A stretch of 60,706 nucleotides of DNA, filler included, from Bipalium vagum (lineage: Eukaryota): assembly GCA_037834085.1 (NCBI GenBank). It is 3 parts of 3 records of this genome, joined end to end, with 100 filler letters (N's around TTAATTAATTAA, not from the genome) between each part and the next. Parts side by side here need not be neighbours in the genome. Positions count along the whole stretch, not along the records: positions 1 to 20,003 come from JBBMKC010262594.1; 2 more parts are not named here. One strand, 5' to 3'. The notes below the pieces were generated by a model. It ran no database searches, was not told the origin of the DNA, and saw nothing but the letters and a program-made list of their open reading frames with translations. Both the position numbers and the translations under genes were made by a program. This document shows, in pieces, positions 1 to 14,000 of this stretch. The first letter of the stretch is position 1. Each line of letters begins with the position of its first letter.

Positions 1-199
1 CATTATAATTTTTAAAAACTTAAATTAAAAACATTTAATAATTGTTAATTATGGCGTGAGGTCCTTATTTAAAAAAAATCAAATAAACTAATTCTTCGAA
101 TCACTCCTTATAACTATAATTGATTATTATTGTTCATATATTACTGAGACATTACAGTCAATTCATTCTTTATAATTATTGTTATTGGGTTGTGTTGTG

Positions 200-1100
200 T
201 TTTGATAAGAAAGTGTAAGGCTTGTGAAACATTTCAGGCATTAATTGTGATCCCAGACTCTTGAGTATCCCTTGTATTTCTATGTATTTTTGTGTTTGTG
301 TGATATAAATACAATTGTTGCATTTCTGATTGTTATTATTTGCACCACCTAAGAGTTGGAGTCAGGTCTAAATTATTAGATACACTAAATAGTAAACAGA
401 ATATAATAATGCGTGTGATATATCCGAGAAATATTTTAAATGTATAAGTAAGATATTTAACTATGTCACTGATATCGTAACCATATAATTTTTTCTCCTG
501 CGACTTGCCTTGAAAGTCTTTGACGTTGGAATAGAAGTGAAGGAATCTGTTTTTAGTTAGGAGTGGTTCACATGAACTTGTTTTTTTTACTTATATTAAA
601 AATTGACCAAATACGTTATAGTATCTCAGAATAAAATGCAATTTGAATTTTTTCTGATAGAACTTTTTGGGTAGACATCGTTTTTATATATCTGAAATAT
701 CTTTTAGTATATCTTTCATGAAAATAAAAGGTCACTAGTTTCTTTTTAATAATAAGTAAAGAAATGTATTAATTGAGATATTTCTTTGACCAATGAATGT
801 CAGGTCAAATATTGTCATGGTAAATCGTTATAGATAGCTTGATTAATGGTATGATGGTTTAGCGATTTATGCGATTAATTTTCTGAAGTATTAAATAATA
901 ATATATAGTATAAAACACAATAAAGACATGGACGATGGTGCTGTCCCTAGAAGCAAATGTGTTAATATGCTTATTATATTCAAAAATAGTTTATAGTTCA
1001 ATTTTATGAGATTCGATTATGGTAGATAATTAAAGGTAATATATAGATCTAGGTCTTTTATAGTATGAGAAAGTTAAGATGAATTTTTTATAAATTATAT
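200..1100 (-). mobile_element. Highly decayed retroelement remnant, possibly Penelope-like
   Basis: Minus-strand translation gives broken stretches resembling the region C-terminal to the Penelope RT core; many stops. Confidence 0.3.
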
Positions 1101-2779
1101 AATCTGAGACTTTTTATTAAAATTTTCTTTAAACCAAAATTTTTGTAATTTTTGTTTTGAACAAGTAAAATTTAAAATTCGTCAAAAAAGAAATTAAGTC
1201 AATCATAACAATTATAATAATAATAAAATTAATTAACTATTAGGAATTTTAATAATATAAATAAATTTTTTTTGGAATTAATGTTAACTTTTAATATCAT
1301 ATTTCATTTTTCGAATTAGTATCAAATTATCCGCAAAACAAAAATAAATTCATTTATATATAAAAATATTAATTTTTTATTAACCAATCATTTGCTTATT
1401 TTTAAATTGAAAAAGATTATTTTGGTTTTTAAAAATATTTTTATTCCTCTTTTATCTAAACTAATGAGTTGATCAAATGAAAAAGCATTTCGATAATGGA
1501 ATACTTTAACTCAACAATATGCTTTAGTCACCATGGAAAAACGTTTAATGAAAATAGTTATTATTAAAACATTTACTTTGACAAAAACATGACATTTCAA
1601 TAATTATTAAATTTACCAGTTTTCCAAATTTATTTGATTTATTTATTGGGAAATATGTCATGTCGTTCGTCGAATTTATTTTAAGAAGCATTGGGAAACT
1701 TAGAATAAAAAATATTGACTTATGTTGTCAATTTGTCAACCTCATTGAAATGGGAAAAAGTAGACTCCCTAATAAATAAATATTTTAATAACAAATTTTC
1801 CACAATTTATTTTTGGAATTTAAAGTAGCTTGATTTCTCTTCATAAATAATTTTCGATTTAATTTCTTTCGGTTTAATATATATGATAATAATATTTATA
1901 TGTTTAATAACAATAATATTTATATTTATATTTATATTAATAAAAGACAGAATTTTATAACAAAGATGGAAATATATTATACAACTAGAAAGACTTTTTT
2001 GAAATAATTTTATTGCCCGTGGTAATAGCTGATAAAATTTTCAATTATGGTTTTTATCAATTTATTCTATAATGGCTTTCGAGATTATTTTAAAAATCCT
2101 GTTTTTGTAAAAATGTAAAAAAAGTATTCATAAATTTTGTAAAGATCATTTAATATAAACATTATGAAAAAATATAAAATATTAATAATATTAATAATTT
2201 ATTGATATGGCCTTATTAAATCTGTAAAAAATAAGAAATGAGCATATAAATAAAATGGTTCTCTTGTGTGTACCGTTTATTTGTTATGTGTACATTAATA
2301 TTTACCAAAATATCTAAATTTGACGAGTATTAACAAAATTTCTGTATTTGATGTTTATTAAACTGCTTGAAAAATTATTAAAGTCTTTTGAGAATTTTTA
2401 ATATTTGACAAAAACATAAAATGGAAGTAAAAAGAAAAATCAAATTCTATCTTAGTTTCGGTAATCATAAAACCTTAAACTAAAATACAGAAATAAACTT
2501 CTGAAGTCCATGAAAGTTTCTGCCCAAAACAATTAATATAAATCTATATATTAACATTATTTATGGTGCCATTTTAAAAAATGTATCACTCTGAGGAGGA
2601 CAAAAAGGAAAGATATTATTTTTCAGCTGCATAAAGTAAATGAAAATGAAACTCCATGTATACCTAATATTTTTATAATTGGATCGTAGAGCTTTCTTGT
2701 GATAATAATAATGTGTTTAATGAAAAAAGAAGTGAACAAACAAATAATAAACATATTGAATAGAAAATATTAAAAGTTA

Positions 2780-3140
2780 TTGTAAAAGAAGAGAAACAGC
2801 TTACTTAGAGACAGCTGCCTAATAGAGTTAATTAATGCATCTATGGGTGTAATCGTTGGGAAATGTTTCGTGCTTGCATCACATCTATAATAAAGTAATG
2901 ATTTTGTTTTCTTTTATCACTTGAAAAAACATTTACGTGGACACAAAATAGAATTCAAAGAGAATCTTTTTCAATGAAAAGGATGAATCTTTGAAAATGG
3001 TCTTTTTTCATTTCTAAATCATGGACGAAGTGTCTGGAAGCAGAAGGTGATTATTTAGAAAAACGATTCTGTGTATTACATATCTTGTTCACTTTTTGTA
3101 AATAAAAAGTTCCATCTTAATATTGTTTATACTTCTGTAC
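2780..3140 (+). mobile_element. Decayed mariner transposase 3' fragment
   Basis: DFVFFYHLKKHLRGHK and WTKCLEAEGDYLEK, typical mariner C-terminus. Confidence 0.7.
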
Positions 3141-3494
3141 AAGTCTAAGAACTTAAGTTACAATTTTTGCAAATGTTTACATAGTTAAGTAGATTTAGAT
3201 GTTTTTTACTTCTAAATTGCAGGAGAATTGTCACTTTTTTTAATATGTGCGGCTCATTATTGAATAAAAAAAAGAATAAAATAAATTTATCTTTGTCATC
3301 ATCATTTACTAGAAACAAAAATAGAACTGAATGTTTTTTTTCAAATATTGAAAACTGTAGGTAAATAGCAATAAAGAAAAAGGAAGTTACGGATAGAATT
3401 CTGACATTGATAATAATCAACTAAAGAGGTTATGTATAACTGCTTGGAAACTTGTTTCTAACTTATGAATATCAATCATGATTGTTTTAATACA

Positions 3495-4130
3495 TATACA
3501 GGATCTTCCAAAAGAAGCTTTACTACTTTAAGTCGCTATCTCTCCGTACATAATAATTAAAAAGCCAAGTAATTTTATTAATACCTTCATTTAAACACAG
3601 ATATTACAAAAATTTATGTTTTAAATATGATGTCATTAAAATGACCGCCTCTGGTAGCCTTACAAGTTTGGGCTATTTTTTTGGCATAAGTCAATTGAGA
3701 TCCTAGAGATTTGTTCCGAAATGTTGTCTTTGAGTTGTGTAATCGTTTTTGGTTGATTTATAAACTTTATCTTTTAGTCTGGAGCCGTCAAATCTGGAGA
3801 TCACGCCAGCCGGAAAAGTTTCGTGTAATAATGCAACTGTTTTCCTATTTGTATGGGATGTGGCACCATCCTGCTGAAAGTAAATATTCTCCACATTAAA
3901 ATCATTCGGATAATGTACTATCATGGTCTAAAGGTTATTGAATTTTCAGTTAAAACTAACCATGTTTGAATTCGATAGATGGCACCATAGAATCTATGAT
4001 TATTAAGAGTCAAAATAACTTTATCTGAGATTTCAATTCATATTTCTAACAATTTAAAATTAGTAACGAACGGTACTCGTCCCTACTGTTCACTATGGAA
4101 AAACATCGGTGATCACAGATCGTCTCTGAC
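3495..4130 (-). mobile_element. Decayed rosa/DD41D-like Tc1-mariner transposon
   Basis: NIYFQQDGATSHT...LLHETFPAGVISRFD...LKDKVY, with an internal deletion of the WPPRSPDL segment; TA-CAGG end near 3497. Confidence 0.8.
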
Positions 4131-4901
4131 AACTAATGTATTAAACATATGGCAGAAATCTGAAAGTCAAGGTCGCTTAACTAATGAATTAATTTGTTAG
4201 ATTTCAGTACTTACATAACTTTCAGTTCCTCTTCTATTGCCAATTATAAAGATGTAGTTTGATGGGATAAAAGAGATATAATAAATGATTTTTATTTTAA
4301 TTATTAAAACTTTGGTTAGACTGAAACCTATTGATTTTAAGTTGAAATTTATGTCAGCCTTCATTAATTTACAGACTAAAAACTTTTTGAAAAAGTCAAA
4401 ACTATAGCGAATACTTTTTTGATTAAATTAGACTGTTTTGTTAAAAATAAAGAAATTATTAATCTTTTGATTTTCGAACGGTTTTCCTGGTAACGTAATA
4501 TCAGTAAAATTACATATAACCCTTCTATATATTAAAACAATTAATTTTATGTTTATAATTGAATCGAAATTCATATTTTATAAATATTAAACATTGTAAC
4601 GATAAAATCCAAAGATATGTTATTTTAAGTGGTTCAAACCAAAATGGTATTATTTAATATGGACTTATTTAATAATAATTAATGAAGACTGTGGAAATAT
4701 TCATATTAACCAATCTTTTAAAACTGTAATAAATCATTTGAGAAAATTATTAAATATTTCTTTTTAATATTGATTGGTTTGTAAAACCCATAGACTAAAA
4801 TCACTTTGTTCATAATAAAAAATAAATTCCGGAAGTCAGAAGATTTTAATAGTCAATTTTTTTTCCGTGTAAATAAAATAAAGCAATAATTTTCCATCTA
4901 G

Positions 4902-7900
4902 GCATCAGTGGCAATGTGACAATCAATGAAAATGGGGATAGGAATTCTGAATACAATTTACTATACATGGACCCCTTAACGGGAAATTTCTCGGTGAGTA
5001 TAATTTTGCTTATCAACATTGAAATTGGTAGTTATATAATTTTCTCAGTTGTTAATTATCATAGCATATTATGGGTAATATTAAAATATTCGGGCAATTT
5101 TATCACTCTGTTAACACTGCTGACAACTTTATCTTTGTTAACTATAGTTTTCAACAATTTTGTCGTTGTCATTCATTATTAATTGTCAGTGTTTCTTCCT
5201 GAACCTTTTTAAATTAAAAATTTTATTTCTTTTATAACACGTCATTTTGCAAATAAATTTCTTGAAATTTCTTTAATAAATGATTATTATTTTTTGCTTA
5301 TTAATAAATCTCTAGTATAAATTATATATTCTTAATTCTCCGAGATAATGTGAATAAATAAATATTTGTTCCGGATTTAATTAAAACTTTGTGAATAAGA
5401 GTAAGTAGTATCAGAAATACATAAAAGAAAAGAATAATAACATTGATTTTTTTAACAAGATTTCTTGTGGATGACTTCTTTTTAAGGATTTATGATTTTT
5501 TGTTCCATACCAACAGGCAATTTAAAATCAAAAATTAGATTGTCAAATCATGCGATTTTCAATTCTTTGTTTTAGTTTTAATTTAAATCGATTATTTAAG
5601 TATTGATTTAATTAAATTTTTTTGTATTATTACATTTACTTAACTTTTAAATTTTTAACTTTTTATTTCATAAATATATGTAATAAAAATTATTTTAAAG
5701 TTCCTTTATTATTAAAATGAATATTATTTAATAATTTTAAACTTATGCTTTTAAAATAGAATTTGTTATACTTTATGAAAATAATTCCTTTTAAATTAAT
5801 AACACATTTATGATATAAAAAATATGAAAAAAAAATTTTTTTTAATCTCATAATTATTAAAAGTTTTCAATATTTCTCAAAACGGGTATCAGAGAAGAAC
5901 TTTATTTAATTTCAATAACATATTTATAATTAGGTTAATAAATCGCCATCTGTGTTTCTAAATTTCATTGATGATGTCATATCTGAGGCATAATTCTAGA
6001 ATCTAAATATTTCTTTGGTGGAGGGAGAAATATTCTAATTTTATAAAAAGATTGAAATTGAATATGAAGAATATAGTAAAAATATTTATTTAAACTATAT
6101 AGACACGTTTACAGGGATATATTTGCCATTTTCATGTAGTTATTATTCAATCACTGAAAATTTTTTTGACGAAAAAATGAAGAAAAAAATTATTTATATT
6201 CCTATACAGAACTGAGAGTTCTGAAAAATTCTAAATGAATAATAATATAAGGGTACCAAATCTGGGATTTATTACTTTGTACTTGAACTACTCCAGTCAC
6301 TGCTGGGAAGTCAAAGATGTATATTCTCTGGCAATGTCATGCTAAAAAAAATGGTTTTTCTGGTTATCAAATTTGATCTGGTTTTTCCTTTAATCTTTTT
6401 AATTGATCACAATTCAAATCTTTTTATTGAGAGAGTGGATTACATAATAATGATTTTTTCCTATCACCCATTAGACAACATAAATTTGTTTGATTACTTA
6501 ATTTAAATAATTTATAATTTTGTTGATCTTACTACCGTGTCAGGAGCTTCCCTTAGCATTGACTATGGTCTAGTTCGAACATTATTGACATAGGTAATAA
6601 AAATAAGATAATATATAAGAAAATCATTTATTTATATATTTTGATGTTTTTTTAACTTTCAACCTTTTTATAAAATATAAATAAAAAAACTGGAAAATAT
6701 TTTCAAGTCATTATTTTAAATTATTATAAGAAATTTATTTTTATATTATTGTGCTCTTTGGCTTGAATATAAATTTAAAATTTTCAAAATTATTATTTAT
6801 TTATTTGCCTCAAATTGATAACATACTTTTAGAGAAAAAATATCATTATACGACTGAGAAGTATATTAAAAATTATGAATATTTTCTTATTATTTGCTTT
6901 ATTTATTTATTTATAAATTATTAATATTTTTACTTAGCTTATTTATTGAGCTACTTTTAATTAGATTTCTTATCACTTAATTTACAAATGCTGATTGAAG
7001 AAATAGCCAAATAAATGCTTTTAAATCATGGTATTGTATATCGCAAATAGTTCATAAAAATATCATTATACGTCTCAGAAGTGAGTATTTTTGAGAAGTT
7101 TTAAAATATACTCATTCTTTAAAAGTTCGTGGAATTCATTGTAAAAAGTTTTAGACTCCTAAACGATATTATAAGGAAATACTAATACAAATGGCATATA
7201 ACTGTTGTTATGACTGTGAATATAAATATATAAAAATAAAAATTGCAATATTAATATTTTGAACACGCAGTCCGTTGCAACATACGATGGAAGGACAAAA
7301 AGATATGTTGAGGAACAGAAAATTGATTGGAACAACAAATTAAAATTACCTCCTCCAGACGTTCCTACTTGTGGATATAAAAATGTCAATTGCAAAATGA
7401 AGAGTAAGACTCATTTCTATAGACTTTGTTTTGTTTACTTCATCATAATTAATGTACAAATAAATTTAATTTAAAAAATATTTAAGTTTAACTAAATATA
7501 ATTTTAATAATATTAAATAATTGATGTTAATAACGTTTTATTATAAATGAGATACAATCATAAACGTAATTAGTGAAAGAATACGTGATATTTTAGAATT
7601 GTTTTTTATTTTTATTATTTTTTAATATTGATTTATCGACATGAATCTTAATGTATTTCATTAAAATTTCAGTAATTATTGGTTTTTTTTTAAAATCTTA
7701 TAAAATTTTTGTCCTCATGATTTGATAAATCTGAACCCTTTTAACTCAGTAATTTATGATTAGATCTGGGGTAAAACTATTATTTTAAAAATGTTATAAA
7801 AATATATAATTATTATAATATATACATATACAATATCGTTTTATAATATAATATAAAGCAACTGAAAGGGAACAAACGGCTAAAAAGGTAATGGCATCAG

Positions 7901-10900
7901 TTTTTTTGGATGCCAAGGGTATTCTGCTGATAGATTACCTTGAAAATGGCAAAACTATTAATTCCGAATACTACACTAGTCTTTTAGACCAGTTGGATTT
8001 ATAGATTCGCCAAAAAAGGCCTGGTTTACAGAAGAAAAAAATAATTTTTAATCAAGATAATGCACGTGCTCACATAAGTGTAATGTCAATGGAAAAATTC
8101 AAAGAATTAAATTATTATTTACTCGAACAACCACCTTATTCACCAGATTTGGCTCCTAGCGACTTCTACCTTTTCAGAAACCTAAAGCAATTTCGCCGGG
8201 GTAAGCATTTTAAATCAAATGAAGAAGCTATGGCATCCGTAGACCAGTATTTTGCAGACCTTCCGGAATCGCACTTCAAACATGGCATAGAATTGTTGGA
8301 GAACAACTGGACTAAATGTGTTGAATTGCTAGAAGACTATGTTATATAATAATATGAATTTAAATAAAAAATTTACGTTTTTTCTTTTTCGCTTTCAGAA
8401 CTTTTCACGCAACCTATATATAATTCGGATAATATATATAATCAACAATAAAAAAATTATGCAATGATCGCTTTTGTAGAAGCAACTATTGCAAAATTCA
8501 AAGTATTTATATCTTGAGTGCCGATTTCAGAATGGAAAAAAATTTTGGAAAAAAATTGTTTGAATTACATTCAAAACTATGTTGACTTTAAAGACGATTA
8601 CTTTGCATAAAAAATTATTTTCTTTTGGTTTGGTTTGGCTTGTTTTTAAAATTATAGATTCAGTAAACTTTTCCCGAACTCTACGTATAAAATAGATAAT
8701 TCAAAAAGGTATTTTAAAAAGTACATTATTAAAAACGCACGAAATTATGAATCAACCCAATATATTCTTATTATGGTGCATTAATTCTGTCGTAAAATTA
8801 AAACAATCAATAATGTTATTTATATTTTTAATAAAGTCAAAATAACCATTTATTTTAAATATCTGAATATCTAATGTAACTTTATATAAGTTTTGAAATG
8901 ATATTTTGATTTGAATGATACAGAAAGACAGAGTCAAACAAAAAAATTTGAAGATAAGAAATTTCTAGAATTTGAGTGATTTCAAACAGAGAAACAGTTA
9001 TTTCTGACACTAAACACACTTAGATTAATAATTTCCAAACCGCTACATGCGCTAGGAAAATGGTCAGAAAAACACTGTCACTCCTGCAATGCAAAATCCT
9101 TCCGCACAAAGTGTACTCTCCAGATATAAATCCAACAGATTTTCATTTATTCAGGTCAATGACACATTCTCGGGAAAATATGCAATTCAATTTGTATGGA
9201 GATTTTCAAAATTTGATTCCCAATTAGATTCATTTTGAAGAAAAATCTTTTATCGTCGTGAAATATCCATGCTGCCAGATTCATGGAAAGAAGTTCTTTT
9301 TAACAATGAAAAGACTTTCATTGATTTTAATGTCTACTTATCATAAAATAAATATTTTAAAAAATTTAAAAAGTCTAAGACTAATGAACCCCTTAATGTA
9401 TAGTTTTTAAATTTTTATATATATCCATATTTTTTTCAGTTTACATGGTCTATTACATAATGATTTCTGTATTTCTGGTTGTCCTTGCTATAGTACTTGG
9501 GATAGGAATGGTAATTTACAGGTACTTTAAAAATATGTAAATAATAATTATAATTGTATTTTAAACTTTAAATAATCTTTACGAATACAGAAAAAATAGC
9601 TGAAAAATTCTAAAATAACCCACTCGATCTCGATGAAACTGTGAACATGTAAAATAACCAAACATAATTCTTTTATTTAGCTTTTCATACATGTCACTGA
9701 CATACTTTCCAAATATCTTTTTGATTGTTCCTCGTTAGATTTTGTCAAACTTTTCTGTTTACAAATAATTTTCAACTGTCTTCTCTTTTTGATTAAGTGG
9801 AAATCATCGATCAAAGAAATGTGAAAGAAATTTTTTAAAATATGAAATGTGATACTTTTCAATTATTAAATTAATTTTTTTCTAATTTTATTTTCGAATC
9901 TTTTTATTTATAACTTCCAATCAAAAATTAAATAATTAAATTTATAATTTTCAAGAAAAAATAAATTATAAAGTTATTTAATAGTGTTAAATTTATTATT
10001 TAAAGTATTTAGAGTTTCAGAAAAGAAATAGCTAGCGCACAACGAAGAGATAATTTTGTCGTTAATTCTTCCTACTTGGAGGTTGAAGGAAATACACATT
10101 TACAAGTCATAGTTAAACAATAAAGAAGCAATTAATACTGTTTTTTAGAAGTCTGTTTTTGAAGTTTTATTTCAGAATGTTGTTGAGGATGATGATTATC
10201 TTTTGAAGAAGTGGCAATTAACGCATTTTAATTTACTTTTTATGTTGATTAAGGCAACTGACGAAATTTAAATTTAAACTTTGCATGATTAAGTACATAA
10301 TAAATGATAATAATGAAAAAATTCTTTTATTATTGAGAAATTGAACCTTATTGAATTATAATATTGTATTTTGGCACTGATTTGAAAATTGATGATATCT
10401 AATGATTTCTGAATAATGTCTCCCTCTAAAGATCTGCCATATCATCATGAAGACCAGAAGTATCACAATAATTATACTCAAGTACATTTTAATTTTCGAC
10501 TGTTTCTCTTAAATTCCCTGTTGAAAATATGAAATATATAAGTCTAGAAAATTGCAACAGACTCTGTTTCCCATTTGGCAAATTTCCACAAAATATAAAA
10601 TTCTTTTTAAGATAAAATTTATTTTTTATCTATGATAAAAGTTTCAAATAGAGAGTGGAAGATCTCAATTAACAATATGATGATTTGTAAGTTTCACAAT
10701 GAAGGTGTTTAATTTATAATAATGAGTATGTTTCCGATGTGATATTTATTTTTATAAAAACGAAACCTGTTATACCATCATGACAAAGCTAGACTAATAA
10801 AAACTGAATATATTTGGTAAACTAAAAAGTCTTCTTTTTCGTTGTTAGATTGTTTTTATTTATAAAATAGACAATATATAATCACAAACTCTTATTGTAA

Positions 10901-10931
10901 TTAAAAGTATTTAAATTGAGTTTTTATATAC

Positions 10932-11010
<79 letters not shown>

Positions 11011-14000
11011 CCATCTGAAGTTTCGATTTTGAAATTTGGAAAATTATAAAAAAAATGCCTAAAGATTTGTGAAGCTTATAAAACTTAAGAAAGAAAATCA
11101 AATTCTTTTATTTGAAATTTTGTAAAATATCCATCACCGGGTAATGTTCGGCCCCAATTCATATATATATATATATAATCTATAAGCATTTCCTTTCGTA
11201 ATTTTCCAAATTTCAGATTCAAAATTATTAAAATAATCTCAATTTAAATAATTTCTAATTACAATAGTGAATGATATCATGATAATAGTTCAAAAACGAA
11301 AGTGTCCATAGTAACCGAGGCTAATATCTTGAAAATAATGATAATAATTACTGTTGCCAAATTAAACTCCCAAAAATAGTTTCAACAGTCTGATCGGCAT
11401 TTGAAGGATTCAAGTAGACCACGAAGTCCAACGATCTTCGAGTAACCACAAAAGTGGTGTGTGCAAAATTGACTGCACCATGACTTCGGCCATCTTTTAC
11501 AAATTGATGTGTGACAAAATTTTGCTGCAGTCTCAAACAAGATTTATTGGTTCAAAAACGTTTTCATTCAAATGGAGAATGCCCGTCAACATCGTAGTAA
11601 AAGCAATGTTCAAAGTTAAGTGAATTTAGGGACAGCATAACTTCAACAATCGGTGTTGTGAATCAGCCGGCTCAATATTCACAATTAGTCTTTAATGATA
11701 TCGAATTTTTTCATTCTTTAAGTAAGCAATGAATAAAAAACAACCTGTATAAAACGTGCTACAAGCCAAATTTGTCTTATTTCTCTCTTCAGCACGAAAT
11801 CTTGTACCACCAATCAGATTATTGCTTCCAGAATATCGGCAGAAACTATTAAACATGAATGACTTCTATTAATGTTATATTATTGATGATAATTTTGAAA
11901 AATATAAATTTTCTTTCTTTTTTAGAGTAAATAAGTCCACTTTTACTATGCTTTTTAGGTTATATATATGTCTAGAAATTATCAACAAATTTTAAATGGA
12001 ATTATTTTATTTACCAAATAAATCTAATCGAACATTTTATTATAAGGTAAGAATTTGGGTTTTATTTTAATATTGTTATATTATAGTTTCTATTGATACT
12101 CAAACCAAAATTCAAATTATTCAATGTTATTGTAAATCAGGGAAATTTCCAACATCAGCAATTCGTCTTTTGAAGAGTCGCCATTTTATGCGGAATGATC
12201 TATTTAATACGTAAACTGTAATGAGAACTGTGAAGAAATTTGAAGAAACTGATTGCCCACCAGAAACCGGTAGCTCGGATACCATCTTTAGTGAAAGAAA
12301 GATATTCTCTTGTCAGTGATGCCCTCAAAAGATCATCTCTTAATGAATTTGAATCCTCATCATGTAGGAAAATATTTAGAATATCAGGAATTCCGAAGAT
12401 GTCAGTTTATGAAATTCTTTGTCAGAAGCTGATGAAATATTCATATCGTCTTCAAATGCACACGATTATCTACCTTGTTTAAAATTTAACTTGTAATTTA
12501 AACTTTTTTAGTGAAGTAAATACATATAATGTCATTATTTTGGCTGACACGACCAATTGTAGTATTTAATAGGCCACTTTACCCTGCCAAAGTATGTATG
12601 TGGATTGGTTTCACAAGCAGAATTATTCTGGATTCAATCATTATTCGTGGAGAAACAATTGATGGCCCCAAATATTATCAAATGTTAAAGGATCAAATCA
12701 TACCAAATCTAAAACACAGGACTGTTTAGTTTTCAACCCACTTGGGTTAGATAAAATACTTTATTAAATGCAATGGGTTAAAATAAAACCTTGTCATCAA
12801 TGGGTTATCAAACAAACATGATATGATGGGTCGCAAAACAAACTTTTCATCAATGGGTTAGGAAAAAAACATGGGTTACAAAAAAAATTGTTGTCAATGA
12901 GTTTTAAAAATTTGTCATTAAGAGGTTATATAAACTCTTATGCGTGAAAAAAATTTTTATCTTAGTCAATAATAAAATTAATGCCACTTTGTTATCCATT
13001 ATAAGAACCGTAGTTAAAAAAGGATCATGTATAATGAGTTATGAGTAGAAAGCCAATGCCGTATTTGATTTATTAAACAATTTTGATTTTTTTAAAATTG
13101 TCCTTTAATTAATTGAAAAAACATGAGTTGGAAAAGGAGCATGGTTAGTTGTGATTGGCTATAAAACATGAAAACTCTAAGTGGGTTAGAAAAAAACATC
13201 AGTTGAAAACTTAAAATGATCCAAAACGTATTCGCAATTGCTCTTCCACAGTTTTTATGCCTACTCATATTTTTAATAAGGTCAAACAATTAACAAAAAA
13301 ATTCACGAAAGATCGCGCTGTCAACATGAACTTTACACAAATCTAGCCACCTCCCTCTTCAGATATCAATCCATGGGATTACTATTTATTGAGTCACATG
13401 AAGGCAAAAGTGTATGCTGATCATTTTCCAAAAACAATCGAAAATCAAGAATCACGATTGCTGCCAAAAAGAGAAAGTGCTTGCTTGAAAATTGCAGTTT
13501 CGAACATACTTGATCGCTTGTAATTACACATTAAATCCGAAGGCTGTCATATTGAACAATGTCTTTAAGAAAAATCCCAATGTATATAAATTGTATATTT
13601 GTAATTTAATGTGGTTGAATTATAGTTGTTTATTAGAACATTATATTGCTTTGTTTCTTGTTGATAATTTCCTGACACCCTATATATAAATGATGAAAAA
13701 GGTGGTTAAGACAGACAAAAAACAATTTCCCATGGCAACGGATTAATTAATCATTTTATACGTATTTTCTCAATATATACAAAATTTTATTTCAAAAAAA
13801 ATTTACATGCTAGATAAATACAATTAAGATCTTTATACAAGAAAAAAACACCGAATATGGTTAAGTATCACAGATAATTATTGCTACAATCGATATTCTT
13901 ATTTATTAAACTTCTCTGTACTTTATTTTTACTCAAATTGAAATTTTCTTGAGGTTTATGAATTTTAATATCTTTATTTCTATTAATAATAAAGACTTGA

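Noticed and set aside
3145-3420. Hydrophobic F/L/I-rich short ORFs (also 20180-20395, 36016-36201, 48254-48535)
   Set aside because: Composition is expected from AT-rich non-coding DNA; 48254-48535 lies in the probable 3' UTR.
12765-12930. Regularly spaced repeats as a CRISPR-like array
   Set aside because: Core only ~8-10 nt, intervening sequences are related to each other, no cas genes, eukaryotic context.
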